Assembly: GCA_051294375.1 (NCBI GenBank)
Contig: CM119268.1
Coordinates: forward strand, 19,751,820-19,815,819
Length of the DNA: 64,000 nucleotides
Direction of reading: 5' to 3'
DNA from: Paraspadella gotoi
Taxonomy: Eukaryota > Animalia > Chaetognatha
The notes below the pieces were generated by a model that saw only the letters and a program-made list of their open reading frames with translations, was not told the DNA's origin and did no database searches. Made by a program: the position numbers and the translations under genes. Of the stretch, positions 25,735-38,849 are shown one piece after another (the stretch's first letter is position 1; each line of letters opens with the position of its first letter).

Positions 25735-26060
25735 TCTAGGTTTAATAGGTTTTATTCATTGGACGGGCCGGAGAGGCCATGGGTCGCAGTAATACAAAAA
25801 ATCACATCAATACAAATGATCACAGTACAAAACAGAATAGTACAGATTCAACTTCTCCAACTGTCAATAGAAGGCAAATTTCAGAAAGGATATTAATTCA
25901 AAATGTCCATGCTAATGATACCTACACAGTGAGGAAACAGAATTAGCTTTTACTTATCATCCAATAATACATCAATCTTTTTCCTTGTGAATTCGAAGAT
26001 AAATGGTAACCTCTATATATATAATACCATAATGTGTTTCAGTCTATAGGTAATTTTTTG
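25735..26060 (-). mobile_element. LINE (CR1/L2-like) 3' end fragment
   Basis: Shares GGACGGGCCGG..ATGGGTCGCAGT with 44500-45050. AATAAA on the minus strand followed by a short repeat tail ((TCTAA)n in the second copy). Confidence 0.4.
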
Positions 26061-26284
26061 TTATGATCTTTTTTTTCGATTCCGTAACGCCCCTAGTGTC
26101 GACGTTCGAACTCAATTGGAACGTAAAACCAACAGATCTGTATCTTCTTTCTTTTACTTTCTTTTTTGTTAATCCTGAAACTGGTCCAGACTACTGCTGT
26201 GGCTGCGGCTGCGACGTTAGCGAGTGAAATCGGCCAATGAAAACCCGAGTACAACGTTCAATCACTGCCGAATATTAAAAAAAA

Positions 26285-28335
26285 AATCTAAAAAGAATAG
26301 GATCGAGCCTCCCTTCAATGATAACTAAATATTGATGCGATGATAACCAAAGGATTGATGCGATGATAACCAAATGATTGATGCGATGATAACCAAATAT
26401 TGATGCAATGATAACCAATAAGGCGTAGTAAAATTATTAAGTTTAACTTTAATTAAAATTCTAAAAGTGAGGAACGAACAACATTATACTTATGAACATT
26501 TATGTATAAAAAAAAATTTATAATAAATTTTACAATTTACGCAGTAGGCCATATTTATACTAGTACTAAACCAATAAATGTTAAAATTTCAAAACAGTTT
26601 TTTTCTAAGATTTTTTGGCAGATTTGGATTCGTCATAAAAAGTTGATAAAAAGAAATATAACTCTTTTAGAATAATTCCTTCATTAAGTGGGTCAAAAAT
26701 TAGAAAAACCTATATTTTAAGCTGAAAATTAACTTTTTATTTATTAAATATAGTTTTTTTAATTTTTAACCAACTTAATGAAAGAATTTTTAAAAATGAT
26801 TTATATTTTCTTTTATCAACTTTTGACTAGGAATTCAAATCTGCAATCAAAATTAAAAAAAGCCTATTTTGAAATTTGAAAACCAAATGATTGATGTGAT
26901 AATAACCAAATGGTTGATACGATGATAGTCATTCATTGATGTGATGATAATCATTCATTGATGCGATGATGGTCATTCATTGACGCAATGAATCATTCAT
27001 CATAAATAAAACAAACAAATGAGTGTATGAGTGAAGAGAGAGAGAAAAGAGAGAGAGAAAGAGAAAGAGAGAGAAAGAAAGAGAATAAATCCACGAAAAT
27101 CTCGGATGTAAATTAGGGATTTTGCATGGAGAAAAAATCGCGGAATAAATGGCGGTAATAAAAGTTTTTAAAAGAAAAAAAATAATCAAAATTTTTCAAA
27201 AAACGATCACGCAAGAGAACGTACAGAGAGAGACAGACAGAGATAGAAAGAGAAAGAAAGCTCGACAGCCGGTGGAAGGCAGCTGAACAGTCACTGCAGA
27301 ACCTGAACTCGTTTTTTAAGGGTTCAGAAAAAGCAGCAACTGACAAAAATAGGAAAAAAAATCTATATATAATTTAAAGAAATAAAAGAAAGGAAAACAA
27401 TTTTATAATTGTTTACAATTGAGAACTTTTTCCAATCATAGCTTGTAAAAGATTTTATTTATATTTGTATTAAAATTAAGATATAGCTTCTCATTAAAAA
27501 GGTCCTTTGATTTCCCATTTTTATTATAGATTTAAAAAAACATTTTAAATTTCATTTTCAATATTATATACTGCAATATGTAAATTAGATTAAAGCATTT
27601 CTATATTCTAATTTGGATATTATAATGAGTACTATAATTTCATTTGCATATTGCAGTAAATCATAATGAAGTGAAAATTCAAACAAAAAATACTTGAATC
27701 CAAATGTAATATAAATGTGAAGAATTCTTTCTCTTCACGCTTGTAAATTTCAACGCTTTCCGTCGCCCGTCCAAAGTCTTCAACATGAGTTTTTGAGAAG
27801 CAAAAACGAGTTTTGAATGAGTTTCTATGATTTATTTAAGGAAAATCGAGTACAAATTGGCAAAAACGAAAATACTTCCTAAAATCTCGTAGAAAATGTG
27901 TTTCCTCCGGGCGATGGTTGCTTCTGCTTTGGTTTAAAATGAAACTAATATTAGCTCGAATTTCTCCATGAAGAAAGGTAAAAATGTTGACCTTAAAACT
28001 GGCCAAACGCCGAACGAGGGAAAAAGTGGGAGAAAGAGAACGCTAGGCATAATCTTTTCTACAATAAAAGTTTTAGAGCTATTTCAAGATGAGAAGCCAT
28101 ATCTAAATTTTTAACTTACTATGATCGCAAACTTTTATAAAACTTCATTGTAATTTATAAAAATTTTATTTAAAAAAAACGGTAAGTCACAGCCAAAACT
28201 ATAAAAGCGTAGTAGTTTTTATTTAAAAATGCGTGACGCCGACGACGACGACCACGACGACGACGACGTCACAAAGAAGCTCACCCGAATTAATATCGAG
28301 CCTGAACCGGCTTCGCCGGTAGGCTCGATAAAAAA
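26285..28335 (-). mobile_element. Helentron-like family H2 copy
   Basis: GATCGAGCCT near the left end. ATCGAGCCTGAACCGGCTTCGCCGGTAGGCTCGAT hairpin plus A-run at the right end. (GAC)n. Confidence 0.7.
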
Positions 28336-29689
28336 GACGTCATTAGCTGTTACCATCAATATTTGAGAAATTAACCATCCCCTCTATTACAGGGGTGGGA
28401 CCATATATCGAGACAAAACTTAACGTCCTGCCGTGTCTGAACGATTTGAGATACAATAATAAAATAGGTACCAAAAGATTTTTCTGTCTTTTGACTTTCA
28501 TATGCAATGAAACAATAACAAATTTTAAACAACTACAGGGCGTTGTGGATGTTTTCAAATCATTTAGTTATTTTTATATGCGCACCTTACATCGTATAGT
28601 ATAAAAGCCATACTTGTTAATATTTTTCAGTGGTAGTTTCTGAACATGACAGTGTTATATCTTATCTTCAATTGACTTGATTTTAAGCTTTTCATCACTA
28701 TCCAAATTAAACTTATTTAATTTGTTTTCAGGTACATAACTTATGTCATAAGTAAAACAAAATTTTAAGAAGATTTTAACGAATAGGCCTTAATCGTCAA
28801 ATACTTTATGTATTTCTTACCGTTTTGACCCTTTTATTATGCATTCAGAAATCTTACATCTTAATTATCTGATAATATCATTAATACTTTTTTTGATAAA
28901 AGTAAGTTTTAGTAAAAATTAAACCAAAACAGTAACTTACCCGAACCTTACCTGCTTACTTCAAATTATTTTAAACCAAAATGCAGTGTACACCTTGCCA
29001 GAAGCATTATTATACTAAAAATGAGTATTTCCAAAAAATATTTTTAACTGTTATGTCTTAGAATGAGATTAAATAATAATTTTTCAAACATTTTTCTTCC
29101 AAACCGCGCGGAGAAAATCGAACAGTTGCTTTTGCTGCATCAAAAAAAGCATTATATTAAAGAATTGCAAAAAAATTAAAATATCATCTAAAAGCTAAGA
29201 AAGAGTTTTATACAAATATTTATTCAGATTTTAAAAATAATTAAGAGTTTTAGAGTAATGATTTTTTAAATTTTGTCTCGATATATGATCCCGCTCCTGT
29301 ATAATTAAGTGATCTCGTGGCAATTAGAAAGCCAAATCAAACCGCTACTTTTTGCCATCAAAACAAAGAATAATTGGGCGAAGTGATAGTAATCGCTAGG
29401 GCCTTTTTTGTCATCCTAAAAAGAGAAAACTTAAATATACTATACCTAATTTCAGTTTATTTTCATAAAAATAAAACTTTCCAAAATCTCCCCCGAAGCA
29501 CCTATCCCGTACCCAAAAAAAAAAGAGCAACCTGTTTGTAAACCGAAGCCTGTTCATTTGGTTTTTCCATAAATTTTGCTTCAGCGAAGCTAAAAAAAAT
29601 ACCCTTTAATCAATTAACGTCGCCCGTTTCAATCTTATTCTCAACCAGATGCCGTCACTTACCCAAATTCCATCAATCAGGATCCAGAA

Positions 29690-29945
29690 ATCTCGCCGCT
29701 GCACGGCTGCGACCTCGATCAACCAATACCCGTATCGTTCGCGGAAAACTACTGAGAATTTGAACCAATCAACGAATATTTTTTTTTTCAGTCTAACGCG
29801 CTGTTTGTGAGTCAGAGACCCAGGATTCGAAGCTTCGCACTTGTTCTCCCCGTTCTTGTTTTGCCCGAGTTTTTGTTCTAGAGCGACTCGTCACTCATGG
29901 ACTGATGGGATCTGAATTGGCCGTCAAGTTCTGCGTCCTGTTGGT
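29690..29945 (+). promoter_or_regulatory. Candidate promoter/5' UTR of the Syk-like gene
   Basis: Unique GC-richer sequence with two CCAAT boxes, a TCAGT Inr-like motif (~29788) and TGAGTCA, ~600 bp upstream of the ATG. Confidence 0.3.
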
Positions 29946-30004
29946 GATGAATCTTACAAAATTGGAGAAGAAATTTTAGTGTTGTTTCTTTGTTAATTTA
30001 TTAT

Positions 30005-30106
<102 letters not shown>

Positions 30107-30442
30107 CCTCTATGTATATTTTTCTTCTTTCTAACTTTTATTTTATTTCTTTACTCTCATGTTCTTCTCATTATTTTCCCAGGTTTTTTCCTAATTTTCA
30201 AGTTCCTCCTCAAGGATTTAATGATTCCGACTCCAAACTTACCCGGTTTTTTTTCGACTGACCCAGAAATGTAGGAATAAACCTAAACCAGGGGCCTTCA
30301 CCATATTCTATCTCCTTTTATCCATCCGATACTAATTACCTCAAAACATCCATCGCCTTCTCTTCCTCACAAAAAAAAAAGCTTTTTACAAAAAAAAAAA
30401 AAAAAAAATCAAAAACCTCAAAAACCTTCCACAAAAAAAAAT

Positions 30443-30844
30443 ATGACGTCCCTCATGAATTCGATCGTCCGCAACCTCCAAGGTTCCGTCCGCAACATCA
30501 TACCCGGCGCCGCCCGAAGCGATTACGACGACGAGGACGACCTCATGGACGAAGACGGCAGCGTCCGGGTGGGCCTGGGCTGCGGCGCCACCGCTCCGCC
30601 GCCGCTGCTTCAGATGTCGCGTCAGGACTGCATCTCCCCATGCTCGGTCAAGTTCTTCTGGGGCCGGATACCGCGGGAGACGGCTGTCCAGGCCTTGGCA
30701 GCCAAGGGACTCAAGCAGGGCCTCTTCCTGCTTCGGGAGAAGACGGATCATCAGCGGAACTTTGCTCTCTCTGTCGTGCATAAGGAGAGGGTGCATCACT
30801 ACATCGTGGAGCGCTGCAGCAATGGGTCGGTACGGGTGCCCAAG
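30443..30844 (+). CDS. SYK: Syk/ZAP-70-family tyrosine kinase, coding exon 1 (N-terminal extension plus N-SH2 start)
   Basis: FFWGRIPRETA..GLFLLRE..FALSV..VHHYIVE SH2 signature. Donor AAG|gtgagt, phase 0. Confidence 0.88.
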
Positions 30845-31126
30845 GTGAGTGGAAACGTTGGAAGTATCGATTTCTTGATACCCCGTGAGCCAAATCTGAT
30901 GATACGAGAAAAAAAATTAATTATACGCTAATAAAAAAAAATTTTAACATCAATTGAAAGAATAATCATTGACGTTTTCAAAAAGTTCAAAACATTTAAA
31001 ACCGCTATCAAAACCAGTACAAAAAACTCGGCATTGCTATGTAGAAAAAATTCTTCTTCATGGAGCAAAAAACCTTATCAAAAAGCAGGTCTAATTTTGA
31101 AGTATAACCAGTGGCCACAGATAGTT

Positions 31127-34100
31127 TGTGGACCGAGAGAGACTGAGATATCTCTCTCGAGCTCTCTCCTCTTCTCTCCCGGTCAACATCAGTCAGAATT
31201 TGGATCGCGAGTTTAGTTGATAGATTCCGCACGCTTGGACGATTTTCCCTCGGTATTTTTAACCATTTTCCTACGGCATTTACACTGGCATTTTCGCCGA
31301 CAATACTGGATTTATTGATTGATTTATTGATGAATTTCTTTTACATTACATTTTGATTTCTCTTCGATTTCTTCTTCATTTTTCGTCGGGATTTATTGAC
31401 AGTATAGAGTCAGTGGATGCCTTGTCGGTTGCGGTATTTAGCCGAGACCAACTGATATTGCTTGGAGCAGCATAGAGAGACGGAACTTCTCTACAGTAGG
31501 AAAATGAATTTTCCATTCGGAAAACATCATCGCTTCTTCAGGTGATTCAGTTGATATGAATTAACGTCTGAATTGCCGATGGGTCACGCCTTTCTACAAA
31601 CAACTGGGACGTTAAGCATGGTGAGTCCAAGTGATGTCGGATTGATAGAATGATTGATTTATTTTGATTGAATGATTGATTCATCTGATTAAATGTTTGA
31701 TTTAATTATTTAGAAATTGAATTCGAATTTTTAACATTGATTGGTTTCTTGGATTTGATTGATTTTCTATGATCACTCTTTGCAAGAAACATTTTTCTCT
31801 CTAAAATTACGAAACAAGATTAAATTTTAAGAATTGAACAGAATAAAAAAAACCGATAACAATGATTATTTCATGAAATAGTAATTGATTTATTGAAGTT
31901 TAAATTAAAGAGTTACGCTTTTTATTTATAAACTTTTAATTTTATCAATGATTTGGAATTTAGAATTAAATGGTTTGATTGAATTAATTCGAATTTGATT
32001 TCTGATCTTTGATTTTGTTTGAAATATTTTAAACTTTTCCTAATCCTTTTCATTTTTCTCTTTTCGAGATGTCCCTCAATGATTTGCACGTAATTGACAC
32101 AAAGGATTGCACGCCTAACGGATTACGAAAGGCGGTGCAAGACATTGGAAAGTTGATTACGCGATACCGTGATTTGGGCCTCAAAGAAAACCAACCTTGC
32201 TTCACGAAACTTTTNNNNNNNNNNNNNNNNNNNNNNNNNNNNNNNNNNNNNNNNNNNNNNNNNNNNNNNNNNNNNNNNNNNNNNNNNNNNNNNNNNNNNN
32301 NNNNNNNNNNNNNNNNNNNNNNNNNNNNNNNNNNNNNNNNNNNNNNNNNNNNNNNNNNTGGATTCCTTCAATTGGCAAACTTCAGTCTTTAGTTCATCAA
32401 AACTCGATTTCCAAGCATCATTCATCTGCTCTAATCTTTCAAAGAATAGAGCTGACTGAATAGTCACAGAGGAGTTAGGACAAGAGGAAATAGTAGAAGC
32501 CAAATCACTTTTCTCATTCTTTCCTAACACACATTCCCGTTCTTCTTTTCTTCTGGAGCTTGGTCCCTCCAGAATAGACTGGGCCTCACCAATGGTCTCT
32601 TCCAGAAGAATGGTGTCATCTGGGAAGAGAGTTTGTGCCATTTTGCAATCTTCTTGCTTTGCACGAAGGTCGTTGAAAAGTTTCGTGAAGCAAGGTTGGT
32701 TTTCTTTGAGGCCAGGATAAATGATGTAGTTATAAAAAGAGTTGTCTCTGAGGCTTTGATTGAAATAAAAGAAAAGTATGAAACTGAAATTAAGCAACTC
32801 AGAGAAGAACTCGATTCTACAAAAGAAGAACTTGAAAATGAAAGAAAGAAAAATTCTACTCTTCTCTCTGCACCATTCTTAAGTGGTGGGGGCGACGAAA
32901 TAACATCTCAACAACCAATACCTATTGCTACTTCTTCGCCCAAGAAACCCTCAAGTGGTGGGGGTACAGTTGTGAATGTTGAAACCCCGAATTTTATTGG
33001 CACTTCGTCTCCTCAGAAAAAGAAAAATGTTTCATGGAAAGACCATCTTGCAGAAACTGAAAAATCTGTTTTGAGTAAGAAAAAATATGGTTGTTATCAT
33101 TGCAAAGAAAAACATTGTATAGAGAGTTGCAGAGCATTCATGAAACTTGATACCAAATCAAGGGCCAATGTGGCATACAAGGAAGGATTATTTTTCAAAT
33201 GTGTCAGAAAAGGGCATCTTGCAAAAGATTGTCATTCACAAGAAATATGCAAAGCATGCGGACAAGAACATCATACCATTCTTCATGATGTATTTAAGAA
33301 CAAACAAGAGAACAAGAAAACAGAAGAAGTGCCAATCAAGTTGGGGGCTATAGAGTGTGATAGGAAGGGGGATAGAGGAAATAGTACTATGGTACGAGTT
33401 CCAATAGGGACGAGGTCATAGTTTTTATGTGATGTGTGTTTTGACCTTTGATCAGCTTTCTTAATTGGGTGATGTCCAATTAAGAACAAAAGCACGAATT
33501 TTAAAGAATAAGAATTTTTGATGGACAGGCTTCACATGTCAAGTCAATTCCACTAATCAATTTGTTAGGAAATTGCCATCCATACTAGGGAATGCATTGT
33601 CAACTATGAACCAGAACCATACCATTAAGAAGATTTCATAAAATTTAAAGAAAGAAGAAGACTATTGAAACCAAAACAATTTAGTTTAAAAAGAAACTTT
33701 TATATTGGCTCATCACCCGTTCAAGAGGCTTTAACCCGGAGCAGGAGGCGAGCGTTGATTCATTCTGCAATCTCTCTGCACTGAATCCGCGCCAACGCAG
33801 CCAGCGATGGGGACCCTTGGTATGGCGATGCAATCAATTTGTGGATGCAGCCGTATGAATGACAGCGGTACGAGGTTCAACCTTTGGACCCGGCTGCTTA
33901 AATGTGATGAATGCTTAACTGAATGATTAATTATAATTTATTTATAATTTATATTTTATTTTAAAATCAATTTTTTTTATGAAACGCTTATCTATTCGGC
34001 CGGTAAATAGGTGCTTCTAAGAATTCGTAAATAGTATAATTAAATATAAACAAGTAAATAAGAATAATTTTATTTTAAATAAATACTTTTGGTGGCTATT

Positions 34101-35546
34101 TACAGCTTCGTGGATGTTGAAATTTACATGTTTACGACATTTATCTTTCAATGCCATGGCATGGAGAAGTTATTTGATACCCTTCTGTGATGAAAACATT
34201 TTGATGGTTCTTATTAATTATGAAACTACGAATCTAGAAACCTCAAGAATTCGAAGAACCTTTTGATTTTGATTGGATTATCAAATTATCCCTGATTGGA
34301 AATCATCATCATCATGATTTTGTATCCTTGAAAGAATTACTGACCTTTGACACAGACTGGGTTATCATCCCTAATTGAAGAGTATGAGCTGCCACCTAAG
34401 CATTGTCCGAATATTTTGTGACTGAAAGGATCGAAATTTCCATATTGACTTCAAATACAGAGGTGAGACGTATTTAGGCCATAAATGAATGTTTCATTTT
34501 TTTTTAGAACGAGATAACTCTCATAAAAGGCGAATTTAGAATACATTTTTGAAACGAATATAAACATTACATAGTTTACAACTTTACATCTTTCTTTCCC
34601 CTCACTGTCTTTTGAGTTTATCAGATCGTTCTATGTATGACTCCCGTATGATCACGAGCTGGAACGAGCAAAATTGAACAAAAGAACACGCAGGCGGACG
34701 TCGGAAAAGAATTAACAGGGGAGTGTCATTCTGCTTTAGAATGAAATATTTGGTAATTTAATTGGTTTGAATGACACAAGATTGATTTGAATGATTGAAA
34801 CAAAACATTTTAGAAAACAGGCTGCTTTTTGTTTCCCATTAACCTTTCTTTTAAAGAAACAAATCTGAGTGATGACACAACTCTGAGAGAAGACAGCAGC
34901 CGGTGCATGATGTGGATTCAAGAACAGCAACATCGCCGGGGCCGTCAGAAGGAACTTCAGTAACCGGAACAAAAGGAGCGCCACAAATGGACGCCTGAAA
35001 TATGGAATCATCGCGTCAAAAATGAAACTAAGGAGCAGAATGAAATGGAAAAATGGCCTTTTTTAGTTTTTCACCAGATCATGGTGTTTTTTAGTTTTTT
35101 GGTCAAACCTTTATCTAGTCATTAGATGTTGAAATTTATAGCCATTACCAAGGGAAACATTGATTGATTTGTGGACCGAGAGAGACTGAGATATCTCTCT
35201 CGAGCTCTCTCCTCTTCTCTCCCGGTCAACCTCAGTCAGAATTTGGATCGCGAGTTTAGTTGATAGATTCCGCTCGCTTGGACGATTTTCCCTCGGTATC
35301 TTTAACCATTTTCCTACGGCATTTACACTGGCATTTTCGCCGACAATACTGGATTTATTGATTGATTTATTGATGGATTTCTTTTACATTACATTTTGAT
35401 TTCTCTTCGATTTCTTCTACATTTTTCGTCGGGATTTATTGACAGTATAGTCAGTGGATGTCTTGTCGGTTGCGGTATTTAGCCGAGACTTTCCTGGACC
35501 AACTGATATTGCTTGGAGCAGCATAGAGAGACGGAACTTCTCTACA
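31127..35546 (+). mobile_element. BEL/Pao LTR retrotransposon remnant (gag only) in Syk intron 1
   Basis: Near-identical ~370-bp LTRs 31127-31495 and 35170-35546 (TGTGGACC...TCTCTACA). Gag has the triple Cys/His knuckle ending CKACGQEHHTILH. No pol ORF. TSD imperfect (agtt/aatt). Confidence 0.8.
32069..33421 (+). pseudogene. gag: BEL/Pao Gag, with segment 32359-32716 in inverted orientation
   Basis: ORF 32069 (..GLKENQPCFTKL) continues on the minus strand (GLKENQPCFTKLFNDLRAK..QLKES) and resumes on plus (INDVVIKR..CYHCKEKHCIESC..). Confidence 0.75.
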
Positions 35547-36361
35547 AATTTTTTACCATTACAAAATTTGAATGCTCAAAACAACTTTGGTTTCTGCTTA
35601 CTAGTTCTAAATCACCAAAAGAAAAAAATAAGATTTTACAGGTTGGAACCTAAGGATAGCTAAGCTAAAATACTTTTATGCAGCAGATGCTGTAATTTAC
35701 TGGTCACTCTGTCGAGATTAAACTACCAATTTTTTAAATTGTCTTACCATAAGCACTCTTTCTTTAGTTTTTCAATATAGGACAAGCTAATTATTGGCAG
35801 TGAATAGACATATTCATCTTGCCAATAATCTTTTGGCGCAAAAAAGCAGTCTTGGAAATTGCTTAGTAAGCCAGCAAGAATTATTTGAATAACGGCTGGA
35901 CAGTAGACCAAAAGGTTTATGGGCTCAATAGTGGGCAAAAAAACAACAATATATCTATAATACTGCCTTAAAAACTTATTACAAAATTGTTCATTGCACT
36001 CGATTTTTAAAAAATACGATTTGCCGACAATTTGGCGATTTTACTTTTTTTGTGAGAAAATAGATTTGAAGTTGTTAATGATAATTGATTAAAATAAAAT
36101 TTATACACAAGAAATGTCAAGTAGTTATTTATCATTTAAAAAAATCTGAGTAAGTCTATCTCAACTCAGTAAAGTACAGCAGTGGTTTCCTTCGTATCAT
36201 CGGATTTGGCTCACGTGGTAGTTATTTGAACTTGTCACATCGCGAGTTCAAGTCTGCCACTTTGGAAAAAAGTTTATTCTATTCCGCCAAATCTAACTAA
36301 AAAATCTTACAAAATATACTACGTAAATTCTAACGAATTATACCTTGCTTGAAACAAAAAG

Positions 36362-36499
36362 GGTCGATCTTTTCCTGGACCCGTGGAACTCATCCAACAT
36401 CACCAGCGACACCAGGACGGATTCCTCTGCCGACTCACGACCCCCTGTGAACGACCCGTGGGTGAATCGCCACTCGTTTTTAAGAATTTCACCGTCAAG
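36362..36499 (+). CDS. SYK: Syk-family kinase exon 2 (end of N-SH2, start of interdomain A)
   Basis: ag|GRSFPGPVELIQHHQRHQDGFLCRLTTPCERPVGESPLVFKNFTVK|gt, 138 bp, phase 0/0. Not in the ORF track. Confidence 0.85.
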
Positions 36500-36801
36500 G
36501 TATTTATAGCGAAACGGAGATGAAGTTAGGGGATTCATTACGGTTTATTGTAATTCTACTTTTTGTAATTTAACCAATGTTAAAAATGTTATGATCAGAG
36601 CGACAATTAGTCATTCCGCCACGTTGAAATGGTTTAGTCTGTAATAACAAAAATCCACCAATCCGAAATTAGTATGTTACATAATTGTGTTTATTGGGTC
36701 AAGTTAAGCTTAGAAACCGACATTGTTGCCACTTTGCTGACATTGGCTTTACTAAAAGCAGAAGTTTTTTTAGACTGAGGTGAAATAGTTTAATCCGTCT
36801 A

Positions 36802-37057
36802 CTATGGCAACAGCCGGGTTGCCTGTGATGCCCATTGGGAAGAGTCATCTCACTGTTGGCTTTTGGGGCTTCCGACCCTCAGTGACGCCTCAAGTCACTG
36901 GCGCGGTTACCCAAGGACGGTCTCGCTTTGCCAACGCAGAGTGAAATCGTCAGGACTGTGGATGGAACACTACGCCTGGGATGGTGTGTTCCCCCTCTGA
37001 GCCAATGGATTTGGCTGAAGGATGGTGGACGTTAGGCGGTGTGAATATACCGCCACA
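36802..37057 (+). mobile_element. Solo LTR family C (TATGG...CCACA)
   Basis: Homologous to the inverted copy at 47118-47358, which has a GGAT TSD. Confidence 0.6.
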
Positions 37058-37845
37058 GGATCCCCGGGCCAAGACATCTCTCAGGTTCTTCAAGCCTGAG
37101 AGGTGTCTGACAAGACGGTTACCATAGTGGGAGAGAGAGAGAGCGCGACCTTTGACCTTTGACCCCGACCACATCGAGGAGTGGTTGGACCACACCGCGG
37201 TGGAATTCGGCGCCACCGGCGTCACCAATCCGGCGGAGAAGAAGGCACAAATCCTCAGTGCCATCCCTATCTCCAGGCACCGGCTGATTCCACACGCGCT
37301 GCGCATCGACGAAGGTCATGACGCCCACAACAACCTTGTCACCCACTTGAAAAACATCTATAGTGAAGACGCCAACCGGCGCGCCACAAAGGCGTTGAAG
37401 ATGACGTCGTTGAACAGCGTCACTCCCTCTCAACACCTTTCTGCAATAGACGCCGTCCTTGAAGGCCTCACCATCGATCACATCAGGGCCGCCATCTTGG
37501 CCGCAGCCCTTCCACAGAGTGTCAGGGAACACGCCGTCAGGAAAGACAAGAACCCTGTCGACATCGCCAAAGACGCCGACGAGTTCTTCCTCCCTTCTGG
37601 CTAACTCTGCAGCTCTGATAGCGCCTCAAATTTTGTGAACTACATCTCCTCCATTGAGGTCGCAGTGGACGAGCCACTGGACATCCCAAACGAATCTCAA
37701 TCGACGCCGACGATGCTGCCATCTCTTACGCAAACGCAATCCGCCGACCACCGCCGCGCTTAACGCAGCGCCCCTTTTCGCAGCAATGTCCGCAGCAGCA
37801 ACGTCTGCAGCAACAGCGCCGCCCAATTCTGACGCCTCGCTCTGC

Positions 37846-38849
37846 ACCCCTACGCGAACAATATATCGTTTTTGGACTATTTCCTTTCCAGAGGGTGGCG
37901 GCTGTGGAAACGTGCGGACTTGTCGGAGTGGTTGGAAGATGCGAGATTCGAGGTTGTCAGCCAGGTTGCGATAACAACGTATTACAAATATTCAGACAAT
38001 AATAAATGGACAATATACTTGAAGGAGATACAACGATGTTAAAATGTAGTTGATAACATTACTAATTTACTTTGGACGTCAATTAAAAAGAGAAATTTGA
38101 ATGAGAGAAACCTAACAAAGTAAGGAGAAGAAATCAGCCGACGACGACGACGATGGTGACTGATGCTTCGGTGAAATGCTTCTTTGTGACTGAGGTTATC
38201 TTGATGACCCAGGTCAACTTGAGTCGCCAGAACTTCATGCATATCTAAATAATTTTACTAACATTGTTATCACAACTGTTATCGATTCGACTGCTTTAAT
38301 TCCTCATGATAAAAAATAAATTATGGTAGTTGTAAAGAGAAGAAGTGAAACAAGTATTTTTGTCATTTTCAGAAGTTTTTTATCACGTCTCCCAACTAAC
38401 ATTTTCTATCTTCATGTTTTGAACATAATTTATTTATTTATTTAGGGGCGCCAATTTCTCCCATTTTGCTCAATTTTTCGGTAATTCATAATTTGAAGAA
38501 TTTAAAAAATTTATAATATCAATATTTTATGTTTTAAATCATAAAATCTGTGAATATTACTTTAATTTTAGCAATAATATATGACAAAATATTAATTAAA
38601 ACTGACATCTTTAAATTCATAAATTGTAATTTTTTTTGCATTTTTTGACTTTCGGGCCTATTAATAATAGCCAGTTTATAATAGTATTATAAACTGGCGA
38701 GGACGGGAAAACTGGGCGATCGAATTTTAGTTTTTTATACCCGAGGTAATAAGTTTATATCTAAGTCAAAAAATCAAGAGGGCTCGAAGTCAGATTTTTC
38801 ATGTTTTGTATTTATACTCCGCGCTAGCGAACATCCTCCCAGTGAACTC
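37846..38849. mobile_element. ~1-kb AT-rich insertion splitting the Gypsy-2 gag zinc knuckle
   Basis: gag reads ..SLC before and HYHFGTNAHKC after the insert. Boundaries approximate. Confidence 0.5.

Noticed and set aside
36818-36838. 18S rRNA fragment (CTGTGATGCCC)
   Set aside because: Only ~11 nt match, inside LTR family C; no flanking rRNA similarity.
36802-37057. 5' LTR of Gypsy-2
   Set aside because: No similarity to the Gypsy-2 3' LTR (41568-41773) and no PBS after it.
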